Below are positions 40,356-53,845 of a stretch of DNA of 64,000 bases, piece after piece. The notes beneath the pieces are model-generated. The model saw only the letters and a program-made list of their open reading frames with translations, was not told where the DNA came from and did not search any database. Every line of letters starts with the position of its first letter. Within the stretch, counting starts at the first letter, position 1. The DNA is taken from positions 266,910,001 through 266,974,000 of the forward strand of contig OZ024743.1 of assembly GCA_964016885.1 (NCBI GenBank). The letters are read 5' to 3'. The position numbers and the translations under genes were made by a program. The DNA comes from Eledone cirrhosa (Eukaryota).

Positions 40356-42700
40356 TTATTGTTCATTTAGTTTGGGTTGGAATTTATCAATACAATTATT
40401 TTCTTTGATTTTTCTCTTGATTTCACTTGGGCTGTGCAATTTGTAGAATCGAAATATTATAAATATTTTCTGACCACGTGTTGCTAGATGGTTACTCAGG
40501 AGTATCTGACGGACATTTGAGTCTCTGATTTGCTGTCGGTGCACCCGTGCACGTTCCGATAGTGCATTTCCAGTTTGACCGACATATAGTTCTTCACAAT
40601 TCGGGCATTTAATGTAGTAAATTAAATTTCTGCTTTTGCATTTCATATTTGCATTTGGGAATATTTTTCCTGTTTTTGTTTTCATATATTGACCGATGTG
40701 TATGGATTTAAATGTGCCACATCGACTATCATTGCATTTAGATACAGTGAATGATTAGTCTTTGTTGTTAAGGTCAAAGTTTGCTTTTGTTAGTAATTGC
40801 TTCAAATTTTTCGGCTGTCTTTTACTAAGAGTCAAAGATCGGTCTGTGATTAAGCCTTTTAATTCATTATTTTGCGCAATGATTGGTAGGTCTCCTTTGA
40901 CAGTGTTGAAGATATTCTAGTGACATGGGTTGTGTGTCATTATAAATGGTATGACCAGTTCTTGGTTTCTTCTTCCTTGGGTTTTCCTAAGTTGTTGTAT
41001 AGGTATTTTTATAGCCAGCTGTATGCCATTTTCTGTAAGTAGAGATTGGTATTTTTGTTTGAGAAACATTCTCTCAGTTCTGTTAGGCGATTGTTCCTGG
41101 CTAGGTAGTATGGGATGTTGCGTTTTGTATGAGGTGGATGGCACGACTTAAAATTCAGATATTGATGGGTGTCTGTGTGTTTATATTATGTATCCGTGGT
41201 AATGGTTGTGTCATTTTTTATTACCATTATATCTAGGCGGTGGATTGGCAGTATCGGTAGAGGGTAGGAAGTCAGGCTTTGACGCATAGAATTACGGCCC
41301 TTGCCCTTCTGAGTTCAAATCCCGCCGAGGTTAACTTTGTCTTTCATCCTTACGGGGTCGATAAAATAAAGTACCAGTAATGTACTGGTTAATTTCTGGC
41401 CTTGTGCCAAAAGTAGAAACAATTATATCTAGGAATGGTAATTTCGTACTACTTATCTCTTTTTGTGAATTGGAGAGATGGGTGTAGGTTATTCAGGAGG
41501 ATATTGAACTCATCCAGAGTATCTAGAGATTCTGTCCAGATGATGAAACAGTCGTCAAGATATTTCAATGTACTTTCTAAAGTCAGTGCTATATTTTTTC
41601 CTCTATTTCTTGGTTTGAGTTGTTGTTCTAAGTATCCCCTTCCAGAGTCCGCGTAAACGGGAGCAAACTTCGTTTCCATCTCTGTGCCTCTAATTTGGAT
41701 GTTATTCTTTCCATTGAAGAAGAAAGTGTTGTTTTCCAAAATAGGTTTGACTGCGTCTAATATAAATGGCGCTGTGAATCTGGTGGCAATCACTTCTCTA
41801 TGTTTTTCCATCCAGTATTTAACCGCCTTTATTCCTAAATCATGTGTAATGTTGGTGTAAAGGCGTACCACATCAAAACTAAGTAGAAGTGAATTCGGTT
41901 CCGTGGTTTTGGGAAGATGGGACAGGAATTCGATATCACCCGGATGAAACTGGGTATGTGAATACATAGTGGTTTCAAAAAATGTCAACAAAATTGCTTA
42001 GATGGTGGGTAGGGCATGTTGGACCAGCTATAATACGTCAACGTTTTAAGTCTTTTGGGTGTACTAATTTAATGTACTCCCTTTTTTGTTCTTTTACTGA
42101 CAGTTGGATTTCTTTTGACTTATGAACTTTCGGTAGGCCTAAATGTTGATGGGTTTTGGCTCAAAATTGGTGATATAATCACTTTCCTTTTCAGTAAGTG
42201 AGTTGTAGTATTTTGAAGCGAGGTTGTTGATCTTCTTCATGATGTTGTGATCTATATTTGACGGTATTTCATGATAGAATGTTGTGTCTTTCAGTTGTTC
42301 CTCAACCAAATCCTTGTAGTACTCAGCATCTATTATAACAACTGCACCCCCATTATCTGCTTGTTTCATTATTATTGTTTTATCATTTTGTATACGTTTA
42401 AGTGCAGACATTTCTGATGTGTTAATGTTTGGCCTAACATTAGTATTACGTCTAAGAGGAAATTTAGACAGGATGTCAATGTATTGGTCGAGACAGATAT
42501 TTCTTCCTTTTGGCGGAGTGAAATTTGATTTATTCTTTACTGGTGATTCATCACTCTCATTACTTTTATCAACGAAGAATTCTACAAGTCGTAATTTTCG
42601 ACAGAATTCTTGGGTATCCTCCTTCAGTTCTTGGTGGTTGACTGTTGGAGTCGGTGTGAATTTCAGTCCTTTTGACAGAATTTGCATTTCTTCATTGTCA
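40356..42700 (-). mobile_element. Penelope-like element (Neptune-like), near full coding length, frameshifted, with a SINE insertion
   Basis: LSKGLKFTPTP, ADNGGAVVI, SFDVVRLYTNI, QIRGTEMETKFAP, YLDDCF, PFLD, SCHPPHTKRNIP, NLIYYIKCPNCEELYVGQTG. Confidence 0.92.
41236..41421 (+). mobile_element. tRNA-derived SINE with a 12 bp TSD
   Basis: ATTATATCTAGG occurs at 41226-41237 and 41422-41433. Confidence 0.92.
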
Positions 42701-42777
42701 AGATATCTTTATGTGTGTGTGTGTGTTAGAAATTATGTCTGTTTTTGTATGCGTGTGAGCCTGTGCGGGTTGGTGTG

Positions 42778-42819
<42 letters not shown>

Positions 42820-42822
<3 letters not shown>

Positions 42823-42985
42823 ATAATAATAAATTTGAAGACTAAAATTCAAAGATGGCTCGATAAGGATAAATATATATCAAATATATAAGAACCATAG
42901 AGCAAATATTTATTAGTTTCAGAAGATCCCATTAAGGGTGAAAGCAGCGATTCTTTGCTTACACTTTTATCTGTTATTTTAATAA

Positions 42986-43016
<31 letters not shown>

Positions 43017-43186
43017 GTAATAATAATAAATTTGAAGACTAAAATTCAAAGATGGCTCGATAAGAATAAATATATATCAAATATATAAGAACCATAGAGC
43101 AAATATTTATTAGTTTCAGAAGATCCCATTAAGGGTGAAAGCACCGATTCTTTGCTTAAACTTTTATCTGTTATTTTAATAAATAA

Positions 43187-43190
<4 letters not shown>
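42820..43190 (+). repeat. Family E: tandem dimer of a 197 bp unit in (TA)n
   Basis: Units start at 42820 and 43017. Each contains cagaaga-tccc/attaa/ggg-tGAAA-gc (degenerate HHR-like). Confidence 0.85.
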
Positions 43191-43252
<62 letters not shown>

Positions 43253-43357
43253 CAGGTAGATTGGTAAAAAAAGTATATCCACAGATGTCAGACCACTTAA
43301 TCCGAGTGAGGAGCTGTAATATACAAAGTTTAGTTCAATTCACATTTACAGCTGTCG

Positions 43358-43404
43358 AATGCGCGCGTTTCACCGAGGAAGTTTCTATCTCAGCTTTTCA
43401 GATT
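43358..43404 (-). ncRNA. Degenerate hammerhead-like motif
   Basis: AAU-CUGAAAA-GCUGAG/..../CUCGGU-GAAA-CGCGCG-C-AUU. Confidence 0.5.
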
Positions 43405-43968
43405 ACCCTATGTGTTATGGATGTGAGGATAACAGTTCCACTAGATAATTTTTTATGGAAGGGGCGATAGATTGGATAGGTTCGATTGTGAATTAGATAA
43501 GAGAAGTTAATTTTTCTTTAGTTTTCTTCAAAATAGGATCTTTTCCCAATGTATGATTAGGAAATGACTGGTGGGGTATGGTAAGATATAGCTGGGTGTT
43601 TATGTAAAATGTTTCTTTGGTGCTAGCTAGATATTATAAACATTAGGGTTACGTAACTGTTCTCTATTTAGTGGTTCTTGATGTTTTAGAAGTATATTAT
43701 AGAAGAGGGTCTTTTACATTGAAGAGAAGAGAAAAGCTCGGAGCTTCACATTTTCGTGTGTGGATGTCCAGTTGTTAGCCAGGATTTTTCCAATTATGGA
43801 GGAAGTATTTAAATATGTAATGTCAGCTGTTAGAAACGTCGCTCCTCGTATTTAGGCCTGTTTCTTCGTTCAATGATGCGCAATTTAAATAACTTCTTGC
43901 CGTCGAGATAAGGACTTAACTATCCATTTAATGAAGAAGTCTGATTTGGCCGCTTTGAGCTTAATGAC

Positions 43969-44006
<38 letters not shown>

Positions 44007-45175
44007 GACCATGCAGGGGATAAACACACCAGTAACAGGCCAGTGGTGTGTATGTTTAAAGTTCATGTAACCCCAGGAAAGATGGGTTTACATGTAATTC
44101 AGTGTGCCTTATCAATGATCCACTGTGTCACACTTAGTCTCTCTGTGAATTCTGTTGAGGACACAAGCGATTGTGGAATGCTCAGCCACTTTTACGTTAT
44201 TTCCATGAGCCGCCTGTTGAACCCTTCACGTCGGAACCAGCGAAGGTCCAACAACAAATAGATATATATTTGTTTGTGTAACTATGGATATATAATTAAC
44301 ATATATTTATATCTGCCGTGACATTTTATAAAGAATATTGATATTATATTTAAATAAGTTGCAATATCATTAACGGTTGGTCGATATAAGGCTCTTTTCA
44401 GGTATACATGCATCGCAATTTTTGTTCCCTTTCTATATAATTCTGCATAACTGAATATTTTCTCGCTTGATTTACAAGTGATATCAGGGTCTTTAAAAAT
44501 TTCAAATGCAATTTGATTTTCTTTGTATACGTTTTTTAGATATCCGAGGAGAACATGCTATTGAAGTACCATTTAGAAAATGAACTATCGAAGCGTTGAA
44601 GTGACTGAAATTCTTGGAACATGTAGAAATCACAAAGGAAGAGAAGTACAGTAAACACAGCCAATTGCATGCCACTTTTTCCATCAATAGGCGTTTTTGC
44701 CGATTTCCTAAGCGCTTAATTATAGCAATCGACTATGTTTACAGTTACCTTCTGCGTTTGAGATTTCTACATTTTTCAATAATTTAAGTAACGTTTTTTT
44801 CTGTTACAATCCACTTTTCATATGTAATGATTGCACATTATGATAATGTTTTTTTTCTGCATATGGCTTCTCATTCATGCAGTGGTGAATTTATAACTAC
44901 AGAGAATAATTCGGAATTTCCGTCCATTCTGACACGGATTTTCAAGCACGTATATTATACATATGATAGAGAAATGTATACATGAGAAATGGTTCAGCTC
45001 TGCTCGCAACGAACCAGCTTGATCAATTATTATGAATCATCTACTTTCATCTGATCTAGAATGCACATAAATGTTCATAAACTTACATACATACATTGAT
45101 ATGAGTATATAAATATATATATATATATATTACAGGTAAGTATGTTTTGAAACAGCAAGCGATGTTGAAAAAGAA

Positions 45176-45352
45176 GTTTTCGCCGTATTTTTCACTAAAG
45201 AAATTTTAGCTTCATAGTGGGGTATAGAACCCTCAAAGAAATGGAAAAGATGAGTATTGGCGTACATCAATACTCATCTTTTTCCATTTTTCGAGGGTTC
45301 TAAATCCCACTTTCAGGCTAAAATTTATTTAGTAAAAAATACGACGAAACCT
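45176..45352. repeat. Diverged fold-back palindrome
   Basis: aaatggaaaagatgagtattg/gcgtacat/caatactcatctttttccattt, with imperfect outer arms. Confidence 0.8.
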
Positions 45353-45357
45353 ATTTC

Positions 45358-45425
<68 letters not shown>

Positions 45426-45426
45426 A

Positions 45427-45491
<65 letters not shown>

Positions 45492-46939
45492 GTGTGTGTG
45501 TTTGTCTGTCTGTTGTCATGTGTCCATGCGTGCGCCTAACATACTATCACATCTTGTTTATTATTTGCAGATAATGGATTTCGTGTATTGATAAAATAAA
45601 GGCGAGAAAAATTATTTGGATTTTAGAAATGCAGAAATTGACTGTCAGGTATTTTCGGCAAAAGGAATGTCTGTATTCTCGTGAGTTGGAACAATTTCGT
45701 TGTACAATGGACTGTTTTCGCTAAACTCGTGAAACACACATGCAATAATTTAGTAGTATATAGTTGTTTGCCTGAGTCGGTTCGTATGATTCTATCAGTT
45801 ATTTGCAACACTGATTATAAATGATGTGTATGCATGTATATATTAGTTTTTAATCCTTATTAATTCTTTTTAATTGTAATACTCAACATTTGATAGGATG
45901 TATTTTACTAACATCGAAATCGATAATACTTTATATATTTTATATACCTTATACAACTCTTTTTTTAAAAGAATTGACCCTGTCATATTTTCAATAATGC
46001 CACTTTGACGAATCAGAGAAAGGAAGAAAAAAAAAAAGAAAAACAGAACCTTAAATATATTTTCAGTGCTATTTCCAATTTCAACTTCTATCTATATATG
46101 AATATATACACATATTAATTTTCTACATTTTCTACGCATTTCAACTTGTTTGACGTGCCAATGATTATTTACAAACACTATTACGTTGAAAAGCTGATAG
46201 TTAGCTTATTTAAGACAGTTACTAGCATGAGAGGTTGTTTAGCTCAATGGTACAGAGGGCTCAGCCAGAATTCGAGAGGAACAGAGCTTGATTCGCAGTA
46301 GCGAATGCTGAACATTTTTTCCGTCCACTCCCGTGTGGTTGATTAAATTGACAAGCTAGTTGGTGAGCTATGTTTAGCTCATCCACCTGCAGCTTTTAGC
46401 ATCCTTTCATCACGCACGTGAGAGTTTTTGTTTGAAAACACATACATTGTAGTCACATGAAAAATATTTTTCTTATTGCATGAGAAGCCCCTGAAAATTA
46501 GTGACGTCTCCACAATATTAGATGTCTAAGGTGCCTAATATTTTCGATATCATTATCATTATTATTATAGTTACTGTAAATAATATCATGTTTATACAGT
46601 TTTTATCACAAATTTAGATATTAGGCTTATGTTATGAAACTGCAGTAGGGGAATTTGGAGTATCATTAATTCTTCTCAATTTATTTTACTAACGTATCCC
46701 ATTTCACAATATACAGTATGAATAATTAAACCTGTGATTTAGCCCAAAATGGTTATGATGGTTTAGCCCAAAATGGTCTTCAGTTTCGGTACTTTTTATT
46801 GCGTTCTACTGATATCATTTTTCTCCATATTTCAAAACATTATTATTAGTAAAATATAAAGGAGTATATAATATCTAATGTTTTGGTTTTCATAGCTTTT
46901 GTTCCATTTTGTTTTTTCAATATCATTATTATTATTTGT

Positions 46940-47365
46940 ATTGGCAGTATCGGTAGAGGATCCGATACCATGCTTTACAGCATAGAGTTACGTCCCTTTA
47001 TGGTCTGAGTTCAAATCCCGCCAAGGTTAACCTTGCCTTTCATCTTTACGGGGTCGAAAAAGTAAAGTACCTGTAATGTACTGATATAATTGCTGGCCTT
47101 GTGCCAAAAGTAGAAACAGTAATAATTATTATTAGGACGTGGAATCATTAGTATCAATAGAGCGTCAGACACCATGCTTGCAGCATAGAGTTACGGACCT
47201 TTACATTCTGAGTTCAAATCCCATCGAGGTTAGCTTTACCTTTCATCATTACGTGGTCGATAAATAAAGCATCAGCAATGCACAGGGGTCGATTTAATCG
47301 ACTTCCCCACCCCTTCAAAATACTGGTCTTGCGCCAAAAGTACAAACAATTATTATTATTATTAT
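46940..47365 (+). mobile_element. Two tandem tRNA-derived SINEs
   Basis: Two head/core/tail sets, each ending gccaaaagta.aaac(att)n. Confidence 0.85.
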
Positions 47366-47519
47366 TTGAACATTCCAGTGAATTTTGCTTCTTTTCCTTA
47401 CCATCCTGAGTATCAAACTGACATCTGAGGCAAAATTAGGTAATATACGCATTATACAATAAATTGTCATACAAATGATGCCATAAGCAATAGCAAATGT
47501 CTTCGCAAGGTATTTAAAT

Positions 47520-47853
47520 TGATATTGTACTTCTCAGGACATGGACAACGCCTGTCAGCACTATTTTCTCTTGCAGAGATGAATGTCCAGCTATCTGGTC
47601 CAAATATATCTGGCTGATGGTAGGACTATTTTCCTTCCCTTTTCAGCCTACAAAACCTACATATTTACAAGTGTAAATATTGCCCAACTCAATCATGCCT
47701 CGTTGTATATTCCTTTGTAGACCATGTTGTCAATGGTCTCGACATGCTTAGCACAGAATCGTCACTTTCAATCACTTCAATTTCTAATCAAATTTCCTTC
47801 AAAGTTAGACACTGAAAAGCGTTGGACTTGTGCACCCAAAATGAAGCTCTGAC
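47520..47853 (-). mobile_element. Decayed, internally deleted R4/Dong fragment
   Basis: SESFILGAQ..RFCAKHVETIDN..KEYTTRHD*VGQYLH..EKIVLTGVVHVLRS. Confidence 0.6.
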
Positions 47854-47889
47854 TCTTTGCTTTTAGCGCAGAAATTCGCAGCCACGAAC

Positions 47890-48085
47890 AACATGCTTTG
47901 TAGCATAGAGTTATGGCCCTTTACGTTCTCAGTTCAAATCCCGACGAGGTTAGCTTTGAATTTCATCATTACAGGGTCGATAAAAGAAAGCACCAGTAAT
48001 CCACTGGGTCGATTTAATCGACTTGCTCCTCCCGCAACATTCCTGGCCTTGTGCCTTAAGTAGAAACAATTATTATTAATATTAT
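47890..48085 (+). mobile_element. tRNA-derived SINE
   Basis: Core and tail motifs as in the other copies. Confidence 0.8.
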
Positions 48086-48937
48086 TGTTATTATTATTCA
48101 TTTTGGCTTTTTCGGGAGTTGTCTTCTGTGTGTGAGTTGAATTGAAAGGACTATGGACATATTATATTTATTTTTATAATCAAATAAGCTTTCTTTGTCT
48201 ATAATTAAATTAAAACAACAATAGAGCTTAAACTGACTTTCACCCACACAAAACCACATACACAAACATACATTCACAAACACAAACATACACACGCACA
48301 AATACATACATCACATTTCCACTTCTACCACAAAGCCAGCCATCGTCACCACCACAGACAATAAGAGCAACAACAACAACGACAATAACTTGACGGAATC
48401 CCTCTCCCTATAGGAACATCACAAATAATCTTTCCACCTCAAACAACACAAACCATAGCACCACAAGCCCCATTACCAAAACCACTGTCACCATTAACAA
48501 GAACACTAGCGCCATTACAATCACTAAAACTGACCAGCATAACGAGCAACACGACCGTTTCCATCATTATCGCAACCATCATTATCAACACGATTCTCAA
48601 CGCTCTTGCCATCTATTATTACCAACATGATTACCAAGTATCATCATCATCTCCATCTTAAATAGTACTTGGATGACGCGATAACTTTGGAATAAAAAAG
48701 ACCAAATATGGAAAACATTTAAGCTGTATGCTTAGATTTTAAAATAGCTTTCACAAAAATATATATGGCTATCAAATGTTGATTATATATGTTAGTGATT
48801 ATAAATATGGTATGTATGGGTGACTGTTGGTCTTCAAGACAAACATCCTATCTGGGCTTGCACCGCGTCGGTGAAATTTGTAGATGAAAACACAAAGACA
48901 TTCATGACCGATGGGAGCCTACTACGATATATATATA

Positions 48938-49130
48938 TAACGAAGGAGTTGTGGTAAGAAACCAGATGGACGATAACGCACCAGGGAACTCAATACGTAG
49001 GGTAGTAGAGTGGGTAATAGGAAAATGTATGACCTCGATGGCAGGGCTCCTGCCGTTCCGAAGGCTATTTCTCGACTCCAGAAATAGCTGTCGAAACGGC
49101 TTGAGCTCTGCCGTCGGGGTCATACATTTT

Positions 49131-49135
<5 letters not shown>
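48938..49135 (+). mobile_element. Short (TA)n-flanked element ending in a 119 nt imperfect hairpin
   Basis: 49017-49072 pairs with 49080-49135. Fragments of the same family lie at 2100, 20821 and 34081. Confidence 0.75.
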
Positions 49136-49225
<90 letters not shown>

Positions 49226-49367
49226 TTGTGTGTATCACTCACCACTTCTCGGAGTTCCTCCTCCTACTCTCCGAAATTTCGCACCCACAGCAGCACTCTC
49301 ACTAAGTGTGAAACTAATACTATTTGTAACTTGTACTCCTGCGTTGTCTGTTTTTTTGTATTTCGAA

Positions 49368-49426
<59 letters not shown>

Positions 49427-50056
49427 CACACATATATAAATATATATATATATTTAAGAATCTCAAAATTTAATCGCCGGAGTAAGCTGTACTGCAGTTA
49501 TTTCGACGTAAAAATTAATTACAGAACGAAGAAATATTACCGGCATCGATATAAATGGATAAACCATTCTTACATTAGAAAATTTCGTAAACTTTGCTCA
49601 ATATGACGAACATATCAATTTTAGGCACTTCACGCACAATGCATGAAGACATTCCTTTACAATTTAAACAAACTGTAAAACAAAACACCGCACATTTGAA
49701 AAATAATCAGTACATTATGACTAAAAAAAAAATGCAATTAGACAGATACTGGTACACGACTGGCACAGTATTTTCTGGATACCGGAAAGATGAGAGGCAT
49801 AGCCGAATTCGTTGTAGTTTGAACACAGAACGCAATGCTCCCGAATAAATACACAAAGTAGTTTCCCTGACTCGTTACCCATTCTGTCAATCCACTGCAT
49901 ATAGCGACCAATATAAGTGTAAGACTTATACGTATAAAATACTCCACCAATATAGAAAGAATGAAAAGAATCATGCCAAAATAAAAAATAATAATTTCCT
50001 GAATAAATGAAATAATGAAAGAGGCAATCATATTTCTATATCTATATATCTTCCTA

Positions 50057-50238
<182 letters not shown>

Positions 50239-50841
50239 TATATATATTTGTATCTATGTATCATTTTCCATGCTTTCCGTTTTTCTATATATGTGGCGCT
50301 TTCTCTACCTGACCTTCTCTCTCTCTCTCTCTCTATTTCTCAATCACTCCCTCTCGCTATCTCTCCCCCTCTCTCTCTTTTTCTATATATCACACCCCCA
50401 CTGCTCTCTCTTTTTTTTCATTTCCTAACACCCACTTCCACACTGTGTCTCTTTTACAGTAATATTCAAATGACGTCGTCTCAGAATGACAAATGTACAG
50501 CAAAGACGTTGCTTTGCTAATTCGCAATTATGAATAAAACATTAGACTTTTAGCAGTTTAAAACAACGTTTGAAATATCCATAATTTATGAGGCTTTTTT
50601 TCTTACTCTTTCATTTATTCTATTAATATCATTGTATTCGTTTTCCTTTTGTTTTTTTAGCTATATATATATATATTACACACATACTCACCCAGACACA
50701 CACACACCCAGACACACACAGACAGAAACACACGCTCACGCATATATATATATATATATCGTCATAATCTCTTTCCGTTTATACATTTTTATATATATGA
50801 ATGCATGTTTAAGTGTGTATACACACACACACACCCACACA

Positions 50842-50909
<68 letters not shown>

Positions 50910-51085
50910 TATATATATATACATGCGTTCTGATGCTTCTTATTCTTTTCTTATATTACATTAATCTTAATGTTGTTATTTTTAATAACATTATAGTAGT
51001 TATTGTTCTTACAGTTTCCTCTTTCCAGGCCATTTTGTTTATATTTTTCGACTATTTTGTTTTGTGTTGTTTTAATTTTTGGTGC

Positions 51086-51119
<34 letters not shown>

Positions 51120-51248
51120 TATTTACTAATTCTCTATTTTCATTATTATCTTATATATCAGGTTTTTTTTGTAAAGTTATACTTTATCATCAGATTTACT
51201 TTCACTCTGATTAACCGACACAATCGAAACTATGTATTGTATACATTC

Positions 51249-51291
<43 letters not shown>

Positions 51292-51418
51292 TATAAGTAT
51301 ATATATATATATAGAGAGAGAGAGAGACAGAGTGTGTGTGTGTGTGTGTGCGAGTATTTAGAAATAAGAGGAAACCACAAACGGGGTACGGTTCCTTCTT
51401 CAGTTGTGTATATATATG

Positions 51419-51483
<65 letters not shown>

Positions 51484-53590
51484 GTATATATATATTTATA
51501 TATATATATAAATATATATATATACATATATATATATTCATATATATATATATACACATATATATATATATATATATATGCAAAAGTTTTATTTAAATTG
51601 TTGGGATACAACAAGCAAATATTTTTATAACTGATATAAAGCACTCGACAAATATTTGGAGTAGATATACGATATTAATAAATGGAAACTATATTTATAA
51701 AACCATATTTATTTCATTATATATATTTCAAGGATACCAAGTTACATTATGGTATGCCTTCATCAGACAAAATACAATATATAACAGTTTTATAAATAGA
51801 CATTGACGTACCCCTTTTAAAAATTGACCGTTGTTTTTGGAGGCCATCAGGATAGTGATTTGTTTGCTTTAGTAAGTCATAGTGTTAAGAGTAAGTAAAA
51901 AGATGGAGAGAGAGAGAGAAACGTGGAGAAAAGAAAGGGAGAGATAGATAAAGAAATAGAAGAAAACAAAAAGAAAAGAGAACAGAGGAAAAATAACGGG
52001 GAGATATCAAACCATCAGACAGAGAAAAAAATCCAGAGAGAGATATATAGAGATAGAGAGAGGGGGGAGAGAACGAAAGCCTTAAGTTATGTCATGTTAA
52101 GTTGAGTTAACAATTAGGATGAAAAGCATAAATAAAATTAGAAATATTAATATTCATGAATGGAATATAGATATATAATATGAGAAATTACACATTGTTT
52201 AATTATGATTAGATATTTAGTTTAAAATTGAGATCAATATATTAAAAATTGGAATTTAAACATTATAAAATATATATATTGCTAGAGTGATTATCTATCG
52301 CATATTACATACACATAGGCAAAGGTACATAAATATATATATATACACACTCACTCAGAAAATACACACTATATCTACTCCCGCACATAATATATATATA
52401 CAAAGCATAAGTGATTTTTTGCCATACATTCCATGTGTTATTAATTAAAAATTAAAAGTTTTTAGTATATATATATAAATATATAGGATTAACTTTCATC
52501 CATTTATGGCTGTTAAGTTATGCATATCTGCAATCAAAAACTGCATGTGTAAGCTTGTACATTCACATCCATAGTTCTTAGCTATACAAGAATAGATATG
52601 TGTGTGCATCTTCAATTGGTATACACGCGTCACTCATGCATATATACAGACAGACATATAATCATAAAAAAGCATATAACACATGTATATGTATGTCAAC
52701 ACACACATATAGATACATTAGCCGTATATAGATATAATCAACATATAACATAGTACAATTGAGTATATAAAATACAAAAGGATTATATTTTGGAAATATA
52801 ATTATATCAACAAAACTTAAAACGCAAACGAATTCTACAAATATCAAAATACTAAAATATCCCAAAATATTATGGAATATTTTAAGTTAAAATAATATGT
52901 TTAATATATTTAGTATAGAAATTAATCTTACATATTTTAATCAAGATATTAAAAGGACAAACTTTTGAAAATTATGAGGAAGCTATCAGAATAAAAAATA
53001 AATCTAATAAAAATTATGAGAAGCTATCAGAATAAAAACAAATCTAATAAAAATAAAAATAAAAAATAAAATGAATCTAATAAAAAAATAAATAAAATGA
53101 ATCTAATAAAAAAAAATGAATCTAATAAAAAATAAATCTAATAAAAAATAAAATACTATATCAATATAACTTAAAAAACAAGGATTCTACAGATATCAAA
53201 ATATTAAAAAGTTTAAAAATAAAACTAAAAAATAAAAAAAATGTTTTAATAACCTTAAAAAAATTTCAAAAAGTTGAAAAAAAAATAAAAAAAAATAAAA
53301 AAAAAACCTTTAAAATTTCAAACATTTTAAAAAAATGTTAAAAAATTTTAAAAACTCTGAAAATATTATAGAATATTTTAAGCTAAAATAATATGTTTAG
53401 TATAAAAATTTATCTTACGTATATTTTATTCAAGACATTGAAAGAATAAACTTTTCTAGAATAGTTTATTATATTTATAATTATATTGATGAAGAAAATT
53501 TATACTTGGGTACTTAACCAAAGAAAAGGAAAAATGTGAAGGAATCTAATGATTTATCGACAGGTTACATATATTAACTAAATTACTTAA

Positions 53591-53845
53591 TTAATTAAAC
53601 TGCATTTTAAATTTATATTTATATTTAAACGTTGAGTTCAATCTATGTCTGCAGCAACTGAATAAATGTTTCCTTAAATTAAGGGAATTTTTGGTCTTTA
53701 ATATAAAAAATATTTCCTCTATACAAAGTTCACAATTTTCTGAAGAGGAATTAAAAGGAGTAGCTTTTGAAATAATATTCCAAATCAGCGAATATTCAAC
53801 ATTATCTCGTTTTAGGTCCCATAATAGGCTAGATAGCGAAGTTGT
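53591..53845 (-). pseudogene. PLE GIY-YIG endonuclease C-terminal fragment
   Basis: TTSLSSLLWDLKRDNVEYSLIWNIISKATPFNSSSENCELCIEEIFFILK..LNLRKHLFSCCRH matches the T.LS..IW.LK...W.I...C.LC.EE..I..LN.R....CRH tail. Confidence 0.8.

Noticed and set aside
44300-45050. Possible decayed coding sequence
   Set aside because: I recognised no motif in the frames I examined.
46232-46310. tRNA-like sequence (tagctcaatggt A-box)
   Set aside because: There is no intact cloverleaf or T-loop. At best it is a decayed SINE head.
51345-51410. CUGAAGA plus a stem on the minus strand
   Set aside because: There is no GAAA box after stem II, so an HHR cannot be called.
52970-53155. Short repeats with variable spacers (AATCTAATAAAA)
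   Set aside because: This is an A-rich minisatellite in eukaryotic TE sequence, not a CRISPR array. There are no unique spacers or cas genes.
52700-53600. Possible SECIS element downstream of the PLE endonuclease
   Set aside because: The visible ORF has no in-frame UGA, and I could not identify a convincing AUGA/AA/GA stem by eye.
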